Positions 35,958 through 45,794 are shown, counted from the stretch's first letter. The stretch is 64,000 bases of DNA from Candidatus Omnitrophota bacterium (GCA_028712375.1 JAQTQG010000003.1:14619-78618), one strand, 5' to 3'. Notes: a model not told the origin generated them from the letters alone. Made by a program: numbers and translations.

Positions 35958-36983
35958 TTAATTTCCTTTATCTTTATTCTTTCTAAAGAGATCCAGAAAT
36001 TTATCTTCATACTCTTTATAAACATTCCATTTATCTAATTCTACCTTTAACTCTTTGGCTTTGGTGATATCCAGGCGGCTTTCTTCAAAAAGCTTTTCAA
36101 TTTTTTCTTTTACCGAAACCGGCAGATTGGTGAGCTGGCTTAAAGTTTTCTTGATCAACTCCACTTCTTCTTCTCCAATAGGAGCCGATGAGCCGGCATT
36201 GCCCAGCTTCAAATATTCCAGCAATTTATTAATTTCATTTTCCATTGCCTGCGCCTGATCTTTTAACGGCTGCACATTGATCTGCATGTTTAATATTTTC
36301 CCTAAAGCAGACAATACCGCCGCCGAAGCCTTGGGATTTTCAATCTGTATAGTATAAAGAGGTATCTCGCCCAACAAACAAATACCTTTTAATCCTGATT
36401 TTTTGGCGATGCCCAGAAATAAACCATTCATCCCGCTAATCTGTCCATCTGCTAAAGCGGTAAAATTATATTTCTTTAAATTATCTTTTGTTTTTTGATC
36501 GGTAGCCGCAAACCAAACCGCCGGATCCTGAGTATGCTCCATAGGTTGCGGCATAGAAGCAAAACTGACAATTGACTCTACGCCCAAATCCTTCGCCAGC
36601 CCGATAATCGCCTTAGCATAGCTGTCTGCTTTAGACAAATCCGGCTGAGCATTGCTTAAAAAAATAATCAAATCATTCTTGCCAGAAGGGGCGCCCTTAG
36701 CTGTGGAGTTCTTCCAATAATAAAATTTCCCCTGAGGAAGCAATGGAACCTCCAGAATCCCACCGGAGATAACACTTCCGGATAAATAAAAAAAATCATC
36801 CGGAATAATCCGGGCAAATTCTTGGGCCTTAAGTTCCTGGATTAAATATTCTGCAGCTTTAAATGCCACCTCCCCCATCCCCGGCCAGGCAACAATAAGG
36901 CAGGGTTTTTTCAAACGTGGTTTTTTAGTAATAATTAAAGGGTCCATATTCTCTCCTCGTGTACGGACACGACACCGGCACAA
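35958..36983 (-). CDS. PAC2-family protein with C-terminal coiled coil
   Basis: 341 aa. PCLIVAWPGMGEVAFKAAEYL... fits the PAC2 (proteasome assembly chaperone-like) family N-terminus. Confidence 0.55.
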   Translation of the reverse strand: MCRCRVRTRGENMDPLIITKKPRLKKPCLIVAWPGMGEVAFKAAEYLIQELKAQEFARIIPDDFFYLSGSVISGGILEVPLLPQGKFYYWKNSTAKGAPSGKNDLIIFLSNAQPDLSKADSYAKAIIGLAKDLGVESIVSFASMPQPMEHTQDPAVWFAATDQKTKDNLKKYNFTALADGQISGMNGLFLGIAKKSGLKGICLLGEIPLYTIQIENPKASAAVLSALGKILNMQINVQPLKDQAQAMENEINKLLEYLKLGNAGSSAPIGEEEVELIKKTLSQLTNLPVSVKEKIEKLFEESRLDITKAKELKVELDKWNVYKEYEDKFLDLFRKNKDKGN

Positions 36984-37078
36984 TACTCTGCCACCTGGCA
37001 GACACTTGCCCGATCCCTATCAGGGCAAGTGCAATAGCGTCGGGTGTAATCCACAGCTTCTTCGACGTTAACACTCTT

Positions 37079-38215
37079 TTAATTAAACCTGTATTCCTTT
37101 AAAAAAGCTACTAAAACCTGTGCGCCTTTATATAAATTATCTAAACAGGCATATTCATCGGCAATATGGGCGCAACCCTCTGTACCAAAGCCGGTAGCAA
37201 CCGCCGGTATGCCCAGCGCCTTAAAAAAAGTTATTACGGTTGCCCCCTCCGATCCGCTAATCTGCGGTTTAATCTTCAAACCTTTCATTGCAGAAACCAA
37301 GTTATTAACCAAAGGATGCTCGGGATCAATATAATACGGATCCTGAATTCCCTGAATTGTAATTTTATAATTTTTGGAGTGTTTGGTGATTACTTTTTTC
37401 AGGGAACGCAATATTTCTTTCTCCGAAGAGCCGGGCAAAAATCTAAAATCCAGCTCAAATTCACACCAATCACTAACCACATTCACTTTGTCTCCGCCTT
37501 TAATCGTGCCTACGTTTATAGTAGGAGCGTGTAAATATGGATTTTTGGTATATTGCTTGTGTTGGCGCTTAAGATCAACAATTATTTTAGCGGCCAGATC
37601 AATCGCATTAACCCCCAACCAGGGGTAAGCCCCATGCGCTTTTTTACCGCAGATACGTACTGTTAAATGCATCAGGCCTTTTTGCGTGACTACAATTTCA
37701 AAATCATCCGCGTCCAGGACAACCGCGACATCCGCCTTCAAAAGCTTACGCTCCAGTAAAGGTATTAGCCCTAACGCTGAACCGCTTTCTTCATCCGCAG
37801 TTGCCGCAAAGATCAAATCATAATCAAGCTGAACACCATCCTCAATTAAAGCGTTAATTGCTTCAAGCGCACTAGCCAAATTCCCCTTACAATCCGTGGC
37901 GCCCAATCCGTAAACCCGGTTACCGATAATCTTAGCTTTTAATGCCGGGGTTTTCCAGCTGGCACCGGCCGGAACAGTATCTAAATGCGGAGTAAGTAAA
38001 ACTGACCTTGTGTGTTTTCTGCCTCCCAGGGTGGCCACGACATTAACCCGCTTGCTGCTGAAAGTATAAGTTTTAATCTTTAACCCTAAGTCCTTTAAAT
38101 AGCTGCTTACAAACCCGGCAATTTCACGTTCATCTCCGGGAGGATTTTGAGAATCCAAAGAGATTAATCTTTGAATGGTCTGGATCAGCCTTTTTTTGTT
38201 GACCATAACGGACAA
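37079..38215 (-). CDS. M20-family metallopeptidase (ArgE/DapE-like deacylase)
   Basis: 378 aa. GATDCKGNLASAL, ADEESGS and HGAYPW metal-binding motifs. Confidence 0.75.
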   Translation of the reverse strand: MSVMVNKKRLIQTIQRLISLDSQNPPGDEREIAGFVSSYLKDLGLKIKTYTFSSKRVNVVATLGGRKHTRSVLLTPHLDTVPAGASWKTPALKAKIIGNRVYGLGATDCKGNLASALEAINALIEDGVQLDYDLIFAATADEESGSALGLIPLLERKLLKADVAVVLDADDFEIVVTQKGLMHLTVRICGKKAHGAYPWLGVNAIDLAAKIIVDLKRQHKQYTKNPYLHAPTINVGTIKGGDKVNVVSDWCEFELDFRFLPGSSEKEILRSLKKVITKHSKNYKITIQGIQDPYYIDPEHPLVNNLVSAMKGLKIKPQISGSEGATVITFFKALGIPAVATGFGTEGCAHIADEYACLDNLYKGAQVLVAFLKEYRFN

Positions 38216-38832
38216 ACCTCACATTTAGGATTTTGCTTACGGCAATAATCCTTGCCCAATTTTACTAACAGTGCATGATATTCACCGAACATCCCTGCGT
38301 TCTTGCTAAGGTTGCGCATAAAAATATCCTGTAGCTGCGCATAGCCTGCTTTGGCATCAACCAATCCGTGCCGGGATAGTATTCTTTTAGTGTAAGTATC
38401 GACGACGAATACCGGTTTCTTAAACGCATAAAGCAATATAGAATCGGCGGTCTCCGGCCCGATTCCTTTAACAGACAACAGTTGCGCGCGTAAAGATTTA
38501 AGTTCCTGCTTACTTATAAGTTTTACCTTACCCGCATAATAATCAAAGAAAAATTTAAGAAAATTTTTAATCCTCGCCGCTTTAACATTATAACACCCTG
38601 CACTTTTAATTAAACCGGCAAGTTTGCCTTGCGGTAATTTATAAAGCCGGGAAGCATCTAAAAGTTTTTTTGCTTTAAGGCTTAGGATTGCTTTTTCAAC
38701 ATTAGACCAACTGGTATTCTGAGTAAGAATTGCTCCTACAATAACCTCAAAAACGCTATCCGCCGGCCACCAATATTGCGGTCCAAAAACAGCATAAAGC
38801 CGCTTGAATATATTTCCTAACCTGCGTTTCAT
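38185..38832 (-). CDS. HhH-GPD family DNA glycosylase (endonuclease III-like)
   Basis: 215 aa. VKGIGPETADSILLYAF..PVFVVDTYTKRIL helix-hairpin-helix-GPD motif, and a C-terminal C...C..C..C-like Fe-S loop (CRKQNPKCEVCPL). Confidence 0.65.
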   Translation of the reverse strand: MKRRLGNIFKRLYAVFGPQYWWPADSVFEVIVGAILTQNTSWSNVEKAILSLKAKKLLDASRLYKLPQGKLAGLIKSAGCYNVKAARIKNFLKFFFDYYAGKVKLISKQELKSLRAQLLSVKGIGPETADSILLYAFKKPVFVVDTYTKRILSRHGLVDAKAGYAQLQDIFMRNLSKNAGMFGEYHALLVKLGKDYCRKQNPKCEVCPLWSTKKG

Positions 38833-40766
38833 TCCTTCAGTTCTAAAGGATTAAAACCATAATAGGCAAACAGAGTATAGGCTGTGCCCGACACTGAACC
38901 GGTATGGCTGCCCTTGGGAGTCGACCAGCCATGGCCGGTATCTACCTGATCCAAAGTAGCATAGGGCAAACAACCTTGGCCTTGGCCGGAAGGAGAAGAA
39001 CTGGAAATAATCATATTCCCTAACTCGCTCAGATACATTTGGGCTTTCCGGCCATAACTAGCAGCCTTAGCCTTATCCCCTTTTTTTAAATAAAATTCTT
39101 CCATAATTTTATAAGAAACCACCATTTGCGCTGTCCATTCCGAAGAGACTACTCCTCCGCGGGAGGTATGGCGCTGCGGGGCAAAATCAAATCCTTTTAT
39201 TTTCACGCTCTGAGAATTTGTGCGCATAAAATCAACTTCTACGCGGCAATTCTCTTCTACAAATTCTAAGATCTTATCCGGATCCATACCTAAAGACAAT
39301 AATTTTTCCGGCCCTAAAGCAGCAATGCTCCAAGCATAAGTGTCAGTGGCAATGGTCGAGTCCCCCTTACCCCGTTTAACCGGTAGCTCCGGGCGACCAT
39401 AAGTATATTTAACCATCCAATCTACAGCTTTCTGCGCGGCCTGAGAATATTTTTCCTTTCCCGTAACCTGTGCCAACATATTAAAAAAAGCGTAAGCATC
39501 CAGGTTGTGCTCTGTAGCATACCAACTCATTGTCGGGCCGCCCCGGATACCGCCTTCGGCGTCCTGATTTTGTAAATCAATAATTGATTGGGCAATACTT
39601 TCAGCTAATTCCAGATAAGCCTGATTTTTAGCAAATTGCATATACTGCATCGCCGCCAAACCTACCCAAAGATTCGGACCGCTATGCAGGATAAATTCTG
39701 CCGGAGCGCCATCATCCACATAGTAAGCATTAAGAAACCAGCCGTTTTCTCTTTTGGCATTGTGAGCAAAAAAATCTAAAATTTTACGGGCGCGCTCAAA
39801 ATCCCCAAACCTGGAATAAGCTTGGGCTAACAACGCCAAATCATAGGTAAATGACCAATTGGCAATTTCCTTATCTCCCTCAAAACTAGCCACCAGCCCC
39901 GTACGGCTATTCTGATGAATTTTAAGCCATTGGTACATCTTATCAAAGTTGGCTTTCTCTAAAACTACTTTCTGTTCATCCAGGTGGGTTAATTCTTTAG
40001 CCGCGACATTCTCGTTACGCACCGCCGCCGCCAATTTATTTTCCAACAATAGTTTTTCTTCAGACAATCTGGCAATCAAGCCATTCAGCTGTTTGATCTG
40101 CTCCAGGTCACCTGCTTGGATTTGTTCCTTCTGAAACTGCACAGACTTAATCTGCTCCTGAAGCCTTCTTAGTTTCGCGGCAAAACTTTTACGCTGGGTA
40201 GCGATATTAGTTATTTTTTGTTTAGTCTGGCTGGAATCTTTTAATACTGTCGCCAGCTTTTCAATAAGCAATTTATTGCCCTGGGTCAATTTGAAATTTA
40301 AATAGCTGTTAACGCCCAGGCCTGCGCCCAGGATAATAACCAGCGCTAAAGCCGCCGGGACAAAAAGTTTTTTAAACCACGCATAACGCATAAGTTTATT
40401 ATTTAGCCTGGCCGGGATAGAATCATAATTTACTCCCACCAAATACTGGTGTTTATCCCCAAAAATATCTTTGGCCCAGACTATGCTGGCACGCGCACAG
40501 ATAGGCTTGCGGCTGATAGGAATATCAATTTCCAGCGACAGCTTGACATACTTTTTCTTGAATAATTCAAATAATTCCGGATCAAGATTGTTAATTGCCA
40601 GGCAGATCCCGCCGCGGCTGATATTGTTCGTAAACCCCTGTATCCAGCCGGAAAGAAATACATCCCCTTGCGGCTCCTGTAGCCTAAACTGCACCGGAAA
40701 GACAGTATCCAAACGCAGGTATTTGCGATGTTCGGCCGGGATTGATTTTTTATTTTTGAATAACAT
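38829..40766 (-). CDS. PilZ-domain protein fused to TM segment, coiled coil and C-terminal alpha/alpha-toroid (glycoside-hydrolase-like) domain
   Basis: N-terminal RKYLRLD...NISRGGICL matches PilZ RxxxR...D.S.GG. One TM helix, a ~150-aa coiled coil, then W/Y-rich repeats typical of (alpha/alpha)6 barrels. Confidence 0.55.
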   Translation of the reverse strand: MLFKNKKSIPAEHRKYLRLDTVFPVQFRLQEPQGDVFLSGWIQGFTNNISRGGICLAINNLDPELFELFKKKYVKLSLEIDIPISRKPICARASIVWAKDIFGDKHQYLVGVNYDSIPARLNNKLMRYAWFKKLFVPAALALVIILGAGLGVNSYLNFKLTQGNKLLIEKLATVLKDSSQTKQKITNIATQRKSFAAKLRRLQEQIKSVQFQKEQIQAGDLEQIKQLNGLIARLSEEKLLLENKLAAAVRNENVAAKELTHLDEQKVVLEKANFDKMYQWLKIHQNSRTGLVASFEGDKEIANWSFTYDLALLAQAYSRFGDFERARKILDFFAHNAKRENGWFLNAYYVDDGAPAEFILHSGPNLWVGLAAMQYMQFAKNQAYLELAESIAQSIIDLQNQDAEGGIRGGPTMSWYATEHNLDAYAFFNMLAQVTGKEKYSQAAQKAVDWMVKYTYGRPELPVKRGKGDSTIATDTYAWSIAALGPEKLLSLGMDPDKILEFVEENCRVEVDFMRTNSQSVKIKGFDFAPQRHTSRGGVVSSEWTAQMVVSYKIMEEFYLKKGDKAKAASYGRKAQMYLSELGNMIISSSSPSGQGQGCLPYATLDQVDTGHGWSTPKGSHTGSVSGTAYTLFAYYGFNPLELKE

Positions 40767-40841
40767 TTTTATTCCTAAGTTAAAGACTCTTTAAAGTTAT
40801 ATTTTATAACAAATACCCGTTCTGGCAAACTTAAAATATGA

Positions 40842-41663
40842 TTAAGCAATTTCAAAACTTATAATATTATCCAGGCGGAAAATACGCTGCTCTTTTTTTA
40901 AACAGCAGTAAGCAACTAAATACATATATTTGTTATCTTGCCTGATTTCCTGCGGGATAACTTCACGCAATGAAAGTTGCCCGTTTTGGCTCGAAATGTA
41001 GGATAACTTTAAAACTCCTTTGGACTGTATGCACTGTTTAATCAAAGTAATTTTTCCCGGAGTGGAACTTTCCGGTGCTGCCGGATTAAAAGCAAAAAAC
41101 TTAGCAAAATCAGCAAAGCTGATAATTCCTCTTTGTTGACAAATAGTTTTCAGTTTACTAAAAACTTCCCAGGTCATTTCCACGTCAGCGAAAGCCCGGT
41201 GTTTTTGGGTTAATTTCACTTCCAGTTTCTGAGCGACAGACCAAAGCGCATAACGCGGCAGGCCGGGTAAAAGTTTTCTCGCCATCGTTAAAACATCAAA
41301 CACCACAAAACCGGTGATTGCGGAGGCGCCCAATAACTTAAGTTCACTATTTAAAAAACTTAAATCAAATTCCGCATTGTAAGAACAAAGGCAGCTGCCT
41401 TGGATAAACTCCAGAAATTTTGGCATCACTGTGCCTATACCGGGAGCATCTTTGAGCATCTCCGGGGTAATTTTATTTACCGCAAAAGCCCCCGCAGAAA
41501 TCGGTCTTCCGGGATTAACCAAAACATCAAATTCTCCCAGTCTTTGCGCGCCCCTCACCCTTAAACCGGCTAACTCCACAATCCTGTCTCCCGAAACAGC
41601 GGTAAGCCCGGTGGTTTCTGTATCAAAAATAGTAAACTCTACCTCTTCAATGTTTTCGGTCAT
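40842..41663 (-). CDS. DEDDh 3'-5' exonuclease (DnaQ-like) fused to C-terminal WYL-like domain
   Basis: Exo I FTIFDTETTGL, Exo II/III (H..AD motifs) and a C-terminal YLVAYCCLKKEQRIFRLDNI matching the WYL consensus. Confidence 0.7.
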   Translation of the reverse strand: MTENIEEVEFTIFDTETTGLTAVSGDRIVELAGLRVRGAQRLGEFDVLVNPGRPISAGAFAVNKITPEMLKDAPGIGTVMPKFLEFIQGSCLCSYNAEFDLSFLNSELKLLGASAITGFVVFDVLTMARKLLPGLPRYALWSVAQKLEVKLTQKHRAFADVEMTWEVFSKLKTICQQRGIISFADFAKFFAFNPAAPESSTPGKITLIKQCIQSKGVLKLSYISSQNGQLSLREVIPQEIRQDNKYMYLVAYCCLKKEQRIFRLDNIISFEIA

Positions 41664-42552
41664 CTTTGGTAACGATATAAGCTGGTACTAAACGTTCGGG
41701 TTTATAAGCAAGCTTGGTTTTACGTAAATTTTCTATCCCGGAATCATCCATAATATTAATATATTTATAAAACTTTAGTTCCTGCGCAAACTGGCGAAAA
41801 ATAAATTGCGCCAATCCTTTAACCCCCAGGTCTGCTATCTCATAAAGTATGCAAAAAGTATCGGAATTTAATTTATAACCGAAACTAAAAGCTTTTATTT
41901 CTTTATTCACCCTGACCGCAATCCCCTCTAAGTTCAATTGTTTATAATTAACCAGCACATCCTTGATTATTTTGCGGTTGTCTTCAAGCATACCACAATA
42001 AACATCATCCTGGCTATGTTCTTTGCGCTCTTTAGCCCAGGAATCAAATAAGCTTAAGCAGCCAGCCCTATCCGGCAGGCGTAAAATATGCCAATCATAA
42101 CTATAATGTTTAATAAAATAATTGTACGCGGCGCGCTGAGATTTAAATTTATTCCCCCTCAACAGCGCTAAATCGTTGCGCCGGCAAAGATAGTCCGGGT
42201 ATTTCTCCCGGCATAAATATCCTAAAGAACGATAATAAGCCAAATCCTGTTGCTGAACATTCTCAATACGCGAGATATCCTTATTTTTATTAATCTCATC
42301 CATGATTTTAAAAGCCTGCTGGATGACGGCTGGCTGGAGCTGTGTTGTCAGCGGGGGCAGGCACATAAAACACCCGACGGGGTCATGAAAAAATACACAC
42401 AGGCTTTTTTGGATAATCGCCCACCGGATATCATAGAGTGGGCGCCAGATATAAATATTCGTAAAAGAAAATGCTGCCAGCTGGCAAAAAACCCGGCCAA
42501 GATATTGATCAAATATTTTTTTGTCGCTTAAAGATATTTTATTCAGCTTCAT
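41647..42552 (-). CDS. DUF2156 (LPG_synthase_C-like, aminoacyl-tRNA-dependent transferase fold) protein
   Basis: 301 aa. FSFTNIYIWRPLYDI, RRNDLALLRGNKFKSQRAAYNYF, ...ILYEIADLGVKGLAQFIF... and NIMDDSGIENLRKTKLAYKP follow the DUF2156/MprF C-domain consensus. Confidence 0.65.
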   Translation of the reverse strand: MKLNKISLSDKKIFDQYLGRVFCQLAAFSFTNIYIWRPLYDIRWAIIQKSLCVFFHDPVGCFMCLPPLTTQLQPAVIQQAFKIMDEINKNKDISRIENVQQQDLAYYRSLGYLCREKYPDYLCRRNDLALLRGNKFKSQRAAYNYFIKHYSYDWHILRLPDRAGCLSLFDSWAKERKEHSQDDVYCGMLEDNRKIIKDVLVNYKQLNLEGIAVRVNKEIKAFSFGYKLNSDTFCILYEIADLGVKGLAQFIFRQFAQELKFYKYINIMDDSGIENLRKTKLAYKPERLVPAYIVTKDDRKH

Positions 42553-43048
42553 CTGGCAAACTTAATTCCGCAACTTCCCTAACCTCCTCATAAGCCTGAA
42601 TAATCTGAGGATTATCTTTAAGCATTGAGCGCAACGCAGCAGAATTAAGATGTTTCGTCAGATAGGCAATATAATCTTTAGCCTCCTGGCTGTTTATCCT
42701 CTCGTATACGTAGGGACAATTTAAATCTACGGTTAATAAAACTTTCCCTCTGCGTAAATTAATCAAAAACGGGTAAAGCTGGCATTCAAACGGCCGGATA
42801 CTATAAATTTTACATTTGTTATCCGGAATCCCCAAAAACGGGCAGATAAAATCTCCTCCGTCGGGATTAGCGATCGGCTGAAGCCTCCGGTCAAGAGTAA
42901 TTGAAGCCGCCGGAACACCCGGTTTATCTGCCAAATCCTGAACTTCTTCATCCAACAGGCAGGGGCTCCACACTGAATTTTCCTCTTTAAACCGGCAGCA
43001 ACCGCGGCATTTAATACAAAACTCCTGCGGTACAAATTGTTTAATCAT
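42539..43048 (-). CDS. YkgJ-family (UPF0153) Fe-S/zinc-chelating domain protein
   Basis: CIKCRGCCRF (CxxCxxCC), with later C..F..C and KCKIY...CQLYPF motifs. Confidence 0.6.
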   Translation of the reverse strand: MIKQFVPQEFCIKCRGCCRFKEENSVWSPCLLDEEVQDLADKPGVPAASITLDRRLQPIANPDGGDFICPFLGIPDNKCKIYSIRPFECQLYPFLINLRRGKVLLTVDLNCPYVYERINSQEAKDYIAYLTKHLNSAALRSMLKDNPQIIQAYEEVREVAELSLPDEAE

Positions 43049-43365
43049 TTAACGATACTCCCTAATCTCAGAGTTTTTTCCGGGCTGATAACTGCCAGAG
43101 CATTCTCGTCAGATCCCGCCAAAATCATTCCCTGGCTTTCTACCCCCCGCAAAATTACCGGATCAAGATTATCCACCAAGACCACCTGTTTACCGACCAG
43201 CTCCTCTTTAGCGTAATAATTCTTAATTCCTGCCACCACCTGCTTCTGCCGATCGCCTAAATCCAGTGTTAAAACTACTAATTTATCTGCATTCGGATGG
43301 TCGTTAACCTCTTTAATCTGAGCAATCCTCAATTCTAACTTTCTAAAATCATCAATGGTTGCCAC
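43045..43365 (-). CDS. csaA: tRNA-binding protein (CsaA/Trbp111/Myf domain)
   Basis: 106 aa. DFRKLELRIAQIKEVNDHPNADKLVVLTLDLGD...QVVAGI is the OB-fold tRNA-binding domain. GTG start with a GGAGG RBS. Confidence 0.75.
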   Translation of the reverse strand: MATIDDFRKLELRIAQIKEVNDHPNADKLVVLTLDLGDRQKQVVAGIKNYYAKEELVGKQVVLVDNLDPVILRGVESQGMILAGSDENALAVISPEKTLRLGSIVK

Positions 43366-43543
43366 TTTATCCTCCTTATCTATCTATACAACATGCGCCA
43401 CAAGACGCATACCGGAGTAATTTCTATATACTCCGGGTGCCCACGCAATTTTCGCCGCCTGGCGAATACAGCGCAATTCCTATTCGCGTTAGATATAGAA
43501 TAACACCGGATACCTTGGCGGAACTTGTTTAGCATCAGGCTTA

Positions 43544-45055
43544 TTAAAACGTTACCTCCACATAAAACTCAAGCTGGTAAGCATTGTTCGCCTGGCCATC
43601 ACCCCGCACGTATGGACTAAAGGGGCTTCCGTCTGTATCATCGCGCTTTTCTTTATAATACTTTCCAGGAACAAAGATCCCGCCTAAAAAACCCAGGTTA
43701 ATATGCTCAGTTGCTTTGTAGTCCACAAATACATCTGCTTCAACCCCTAAATCAGGTGAAAGATACCGCGCTTCTCCGTCCAAAGTCCCTACCGGGCGGT
43801 TAAATGCCCTCAGATAGTATCCATACAGACTTACGCAAAGCTTATCGGTAACATTATAATCAAAGCCTACCGAGGGCATAATCAAATCTTCGAAATCTCC
43901 GGGAGAAAATGTCCCGGGCCGGGGCACTCCATAATTTAACCCGTATCCTCCCCCCATAGTTATAATCGGCAACATACTCACATTACTGCTGCTTACCGCA
44001 TCCCCTAAATTTCTGTTTGTAGGAGAAGCATAGCTAAAAGCCCGGTTCTTTCCTGAAACATAAAGCTCATCCGGTTTCCCGGCCATCTCCAAAGTTGCCT
44101 TGTTCCCGGAACAGAATAAAAATTGCAATTCCGGAACAAGCTTTCCTAAAACATAATCGAACCCGGAATAAAACATATAACCGGTATGCTCAATGTTTTT
44201 ATACTCGCTATCCTGGGTATGCGCATACCCAAAGTTGCGCGCTGCCTCCAGCTTTAAAGTAAATTTATCCGCCGCATATTCCCAAGCGGTGCCCAAAGTC
44301 CCCAGCAAATCCCGGTTTATCGGAGCAGCATAAAGATTATCTCTTTTGCCATTAGAGGTATAATCTGCCAGCATGCCAACATAAGGCCAGAATGTCTGAT
44401 TTCCTGCGGTAATTTTAACGTCGGTGGCAAAAAAATTGGCCGCATTCGGTTCGTATTTCTGCCCCTGCTCCCTTTCCTGTTGAATACGCGGGCCCAAATA
44501 ATATTTATAAGCTAAATCCGGCCGGCAATAATACAGGCGCCAAAAAATATTTTTTGCCTGATAATACACAGTAGCGCCGTAATTTTCATAACCGCCGTTA
44601 AGGCTAAAACCATTGCCTACTTCATAAATATACAACCCGGTCTTTAAGCCAAAATTACCCCAAAGCTTATTATCCAGCCAGGCTTCTTCAACTTGTGGGA
44701 ATAATTCTGCATTACGGTATTTTTCTATCCTGCCTCCGGAGGTAATCAGGGTGTTGTGAATAAAAAGCGGGGCATCATAATCATAAGGCCCATTACGCTC
44801 AAGCTTAATATAAAACTTGTTCCCGGAATCTTTAAAATCAGCATCCAGAGCAAAACTATAATCAATCCCTAAATAAGTAGTTTGATCGTCTTTATTGTGG
44901 CTATCCAAATCCACAACATTCTTCAGGGTCACTAAGTCCGTGCGGAAATAGGAGTTAAGTTGCAGCGTTAACTGATCGGTATTTAGTAATTCATAGCCGT
45001 GTGCCGCCGGAATAAAAGAGAAAGCTAAAAACATAAAGAGACAAACTATTTTCAC
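43544..45055 (-). CDS. outer-membrane beta-barrel protein (porin-like)
   Basis: Signal peptide MKIVCLFMFLAFSFIPAAHG, alternating amphipathic strands, and a C-terminal ...YVEVTF with terminal aromatic residue. Confidence 0.5.
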   Translation of the reverse strand: MKIVCLFMFLAFSFIPAAHGYELLNTDQLTLQLNSYFRTDLVTLKNVVDLDSHNKDDQTTYLGIDYSFALDADFKDSGNKFYIKLERNGPYDYDAPLFIHNTLITSGGRIEKYRNAELFPQVEEAWLDNKLWGNFGLKTGLYIYEVGNGFSLNGGYENYGATVYYQAKNIFWRLYYCRPDLAYKYYLGPRIQQEREQGQKYEPNAANFFATDVKITAGNQTFWPYVGMLADYTSNGKRDNLYAAPINRDLLGTLGTAWEYAADKFTLKLEAARNFGYAHTQDSEYKNIEHTGYMFYSGFDYVLGKLVPELQFLFCSGNKATLEMAGKPDELYVSGKNRAFSYASPTNRNLGDAVSSSNVSMLPIITMGGGYGLNYGVPRPGTFSPGDFEDLIMPSVGFDYNVTDKLCVSLYGYYLRAFNRPVGTLDGEARYLSPDLGVEADVFVDYKATEHINLGFLGGIFVPGKYYKEKRDDTDGSPFSPYVRGDGQANNAYQLEFYVEVTF

Positions 45056-45211
45056 AATTTTCTCTCCTTGCTACAATCGCCTTAATGAAAAACTAATGCC
45101 ATAGTAACACCGGGAAATAAAAAACTCAAGGCAAATCAAAATTATACCTGTAAACCGGGGAAATTCCGGGCATAAAAAACGCCATAAGTAAATTATGGCG
45201 TTTATTTATAT

Positions 45212-45290
45212 TGGCGGGGCCGACGAGATTCGGACTCGCGATCTCCTCCGTGACAGGGAGGCGCTTTAAGCCAGGCTAAGCTACGACCCC
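45212..45290 (-). tRNA. tRNA-Asp (anticodon GTC), CCA encoded
   Basis: Reverse complement GGGGTCGTAGCTTAGCCTGG...CCTCC-CTGTCAC-GGAGG...TTCGAATCTCGTCGGCCCCGCCA. Cloverleaf with GTC anticodon. Boundaries within +/-2 nt. Confidence 0.8.
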
Positions 45291-45390
45291 AATATTGGTC
45301 AATAATACCTTAAGTTTATATATTGTATGTAAATTCCGAACAAATGCAACAATTTCTTCTCAGCTACACACCATCGGATGAGAATTAAAA

Positions 45391-45464
45391 TGGGCGATAG
45401 AGGAGTTGAACCCCTGACCTTCTGAATGTAAATCAGACGCTCTAACCAACTGAGCTAATCGCCC
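45391..45464 (-). tRNA. tRNA-Val (anticodon TAC), CCA not encoded
   Basis: Reverse complement GGGCGATTAGCTCAGTTGGTTAGAGCGTCTGATTTACATTCAGAAGGTCAGGGGTTCAACTCCTCTATCGCCCA. Anticodon loop TTTACAT. Confidence 0.8.
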
Positions 45465-45794
45465 GTAAATTTAGGTTACTTTTCCCTACGATTAGCGTGT
45501 CCGCCAAAGCATTATGGCGGAGAGCTGATCGCCCAACAATCCCAATTTTACCTATTTCTACGATTAAATCACCTTGGCCGCGTTTTTATCATTACAAACA
45601 AATAAAATAAGGTTCGTTTTCGAGGCTGTAGGCCTTAAGCTCCAGAAGTGAAATCAACTATACCAGATTTACTAACCTCTGTAAAGCAAGATTTCGCAAT
45701 TTGATCAAATCACCAAATCAATGAATATTACACAGGGATACCCGTCCACATGGTTACTTAATAACTGATTACTTAAAAGGGGCATAACGACGCT

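Noticed and set aside
43366-43543. Two hairpins (CCGGAGTA..TACTCCGG and GCGAATA..TATTCGC) between the OMP gene and csaA
   Set aside because: Most simply explained as the OMP gene terminator plus csaA promoter region. No further evidence for an ncRNA.
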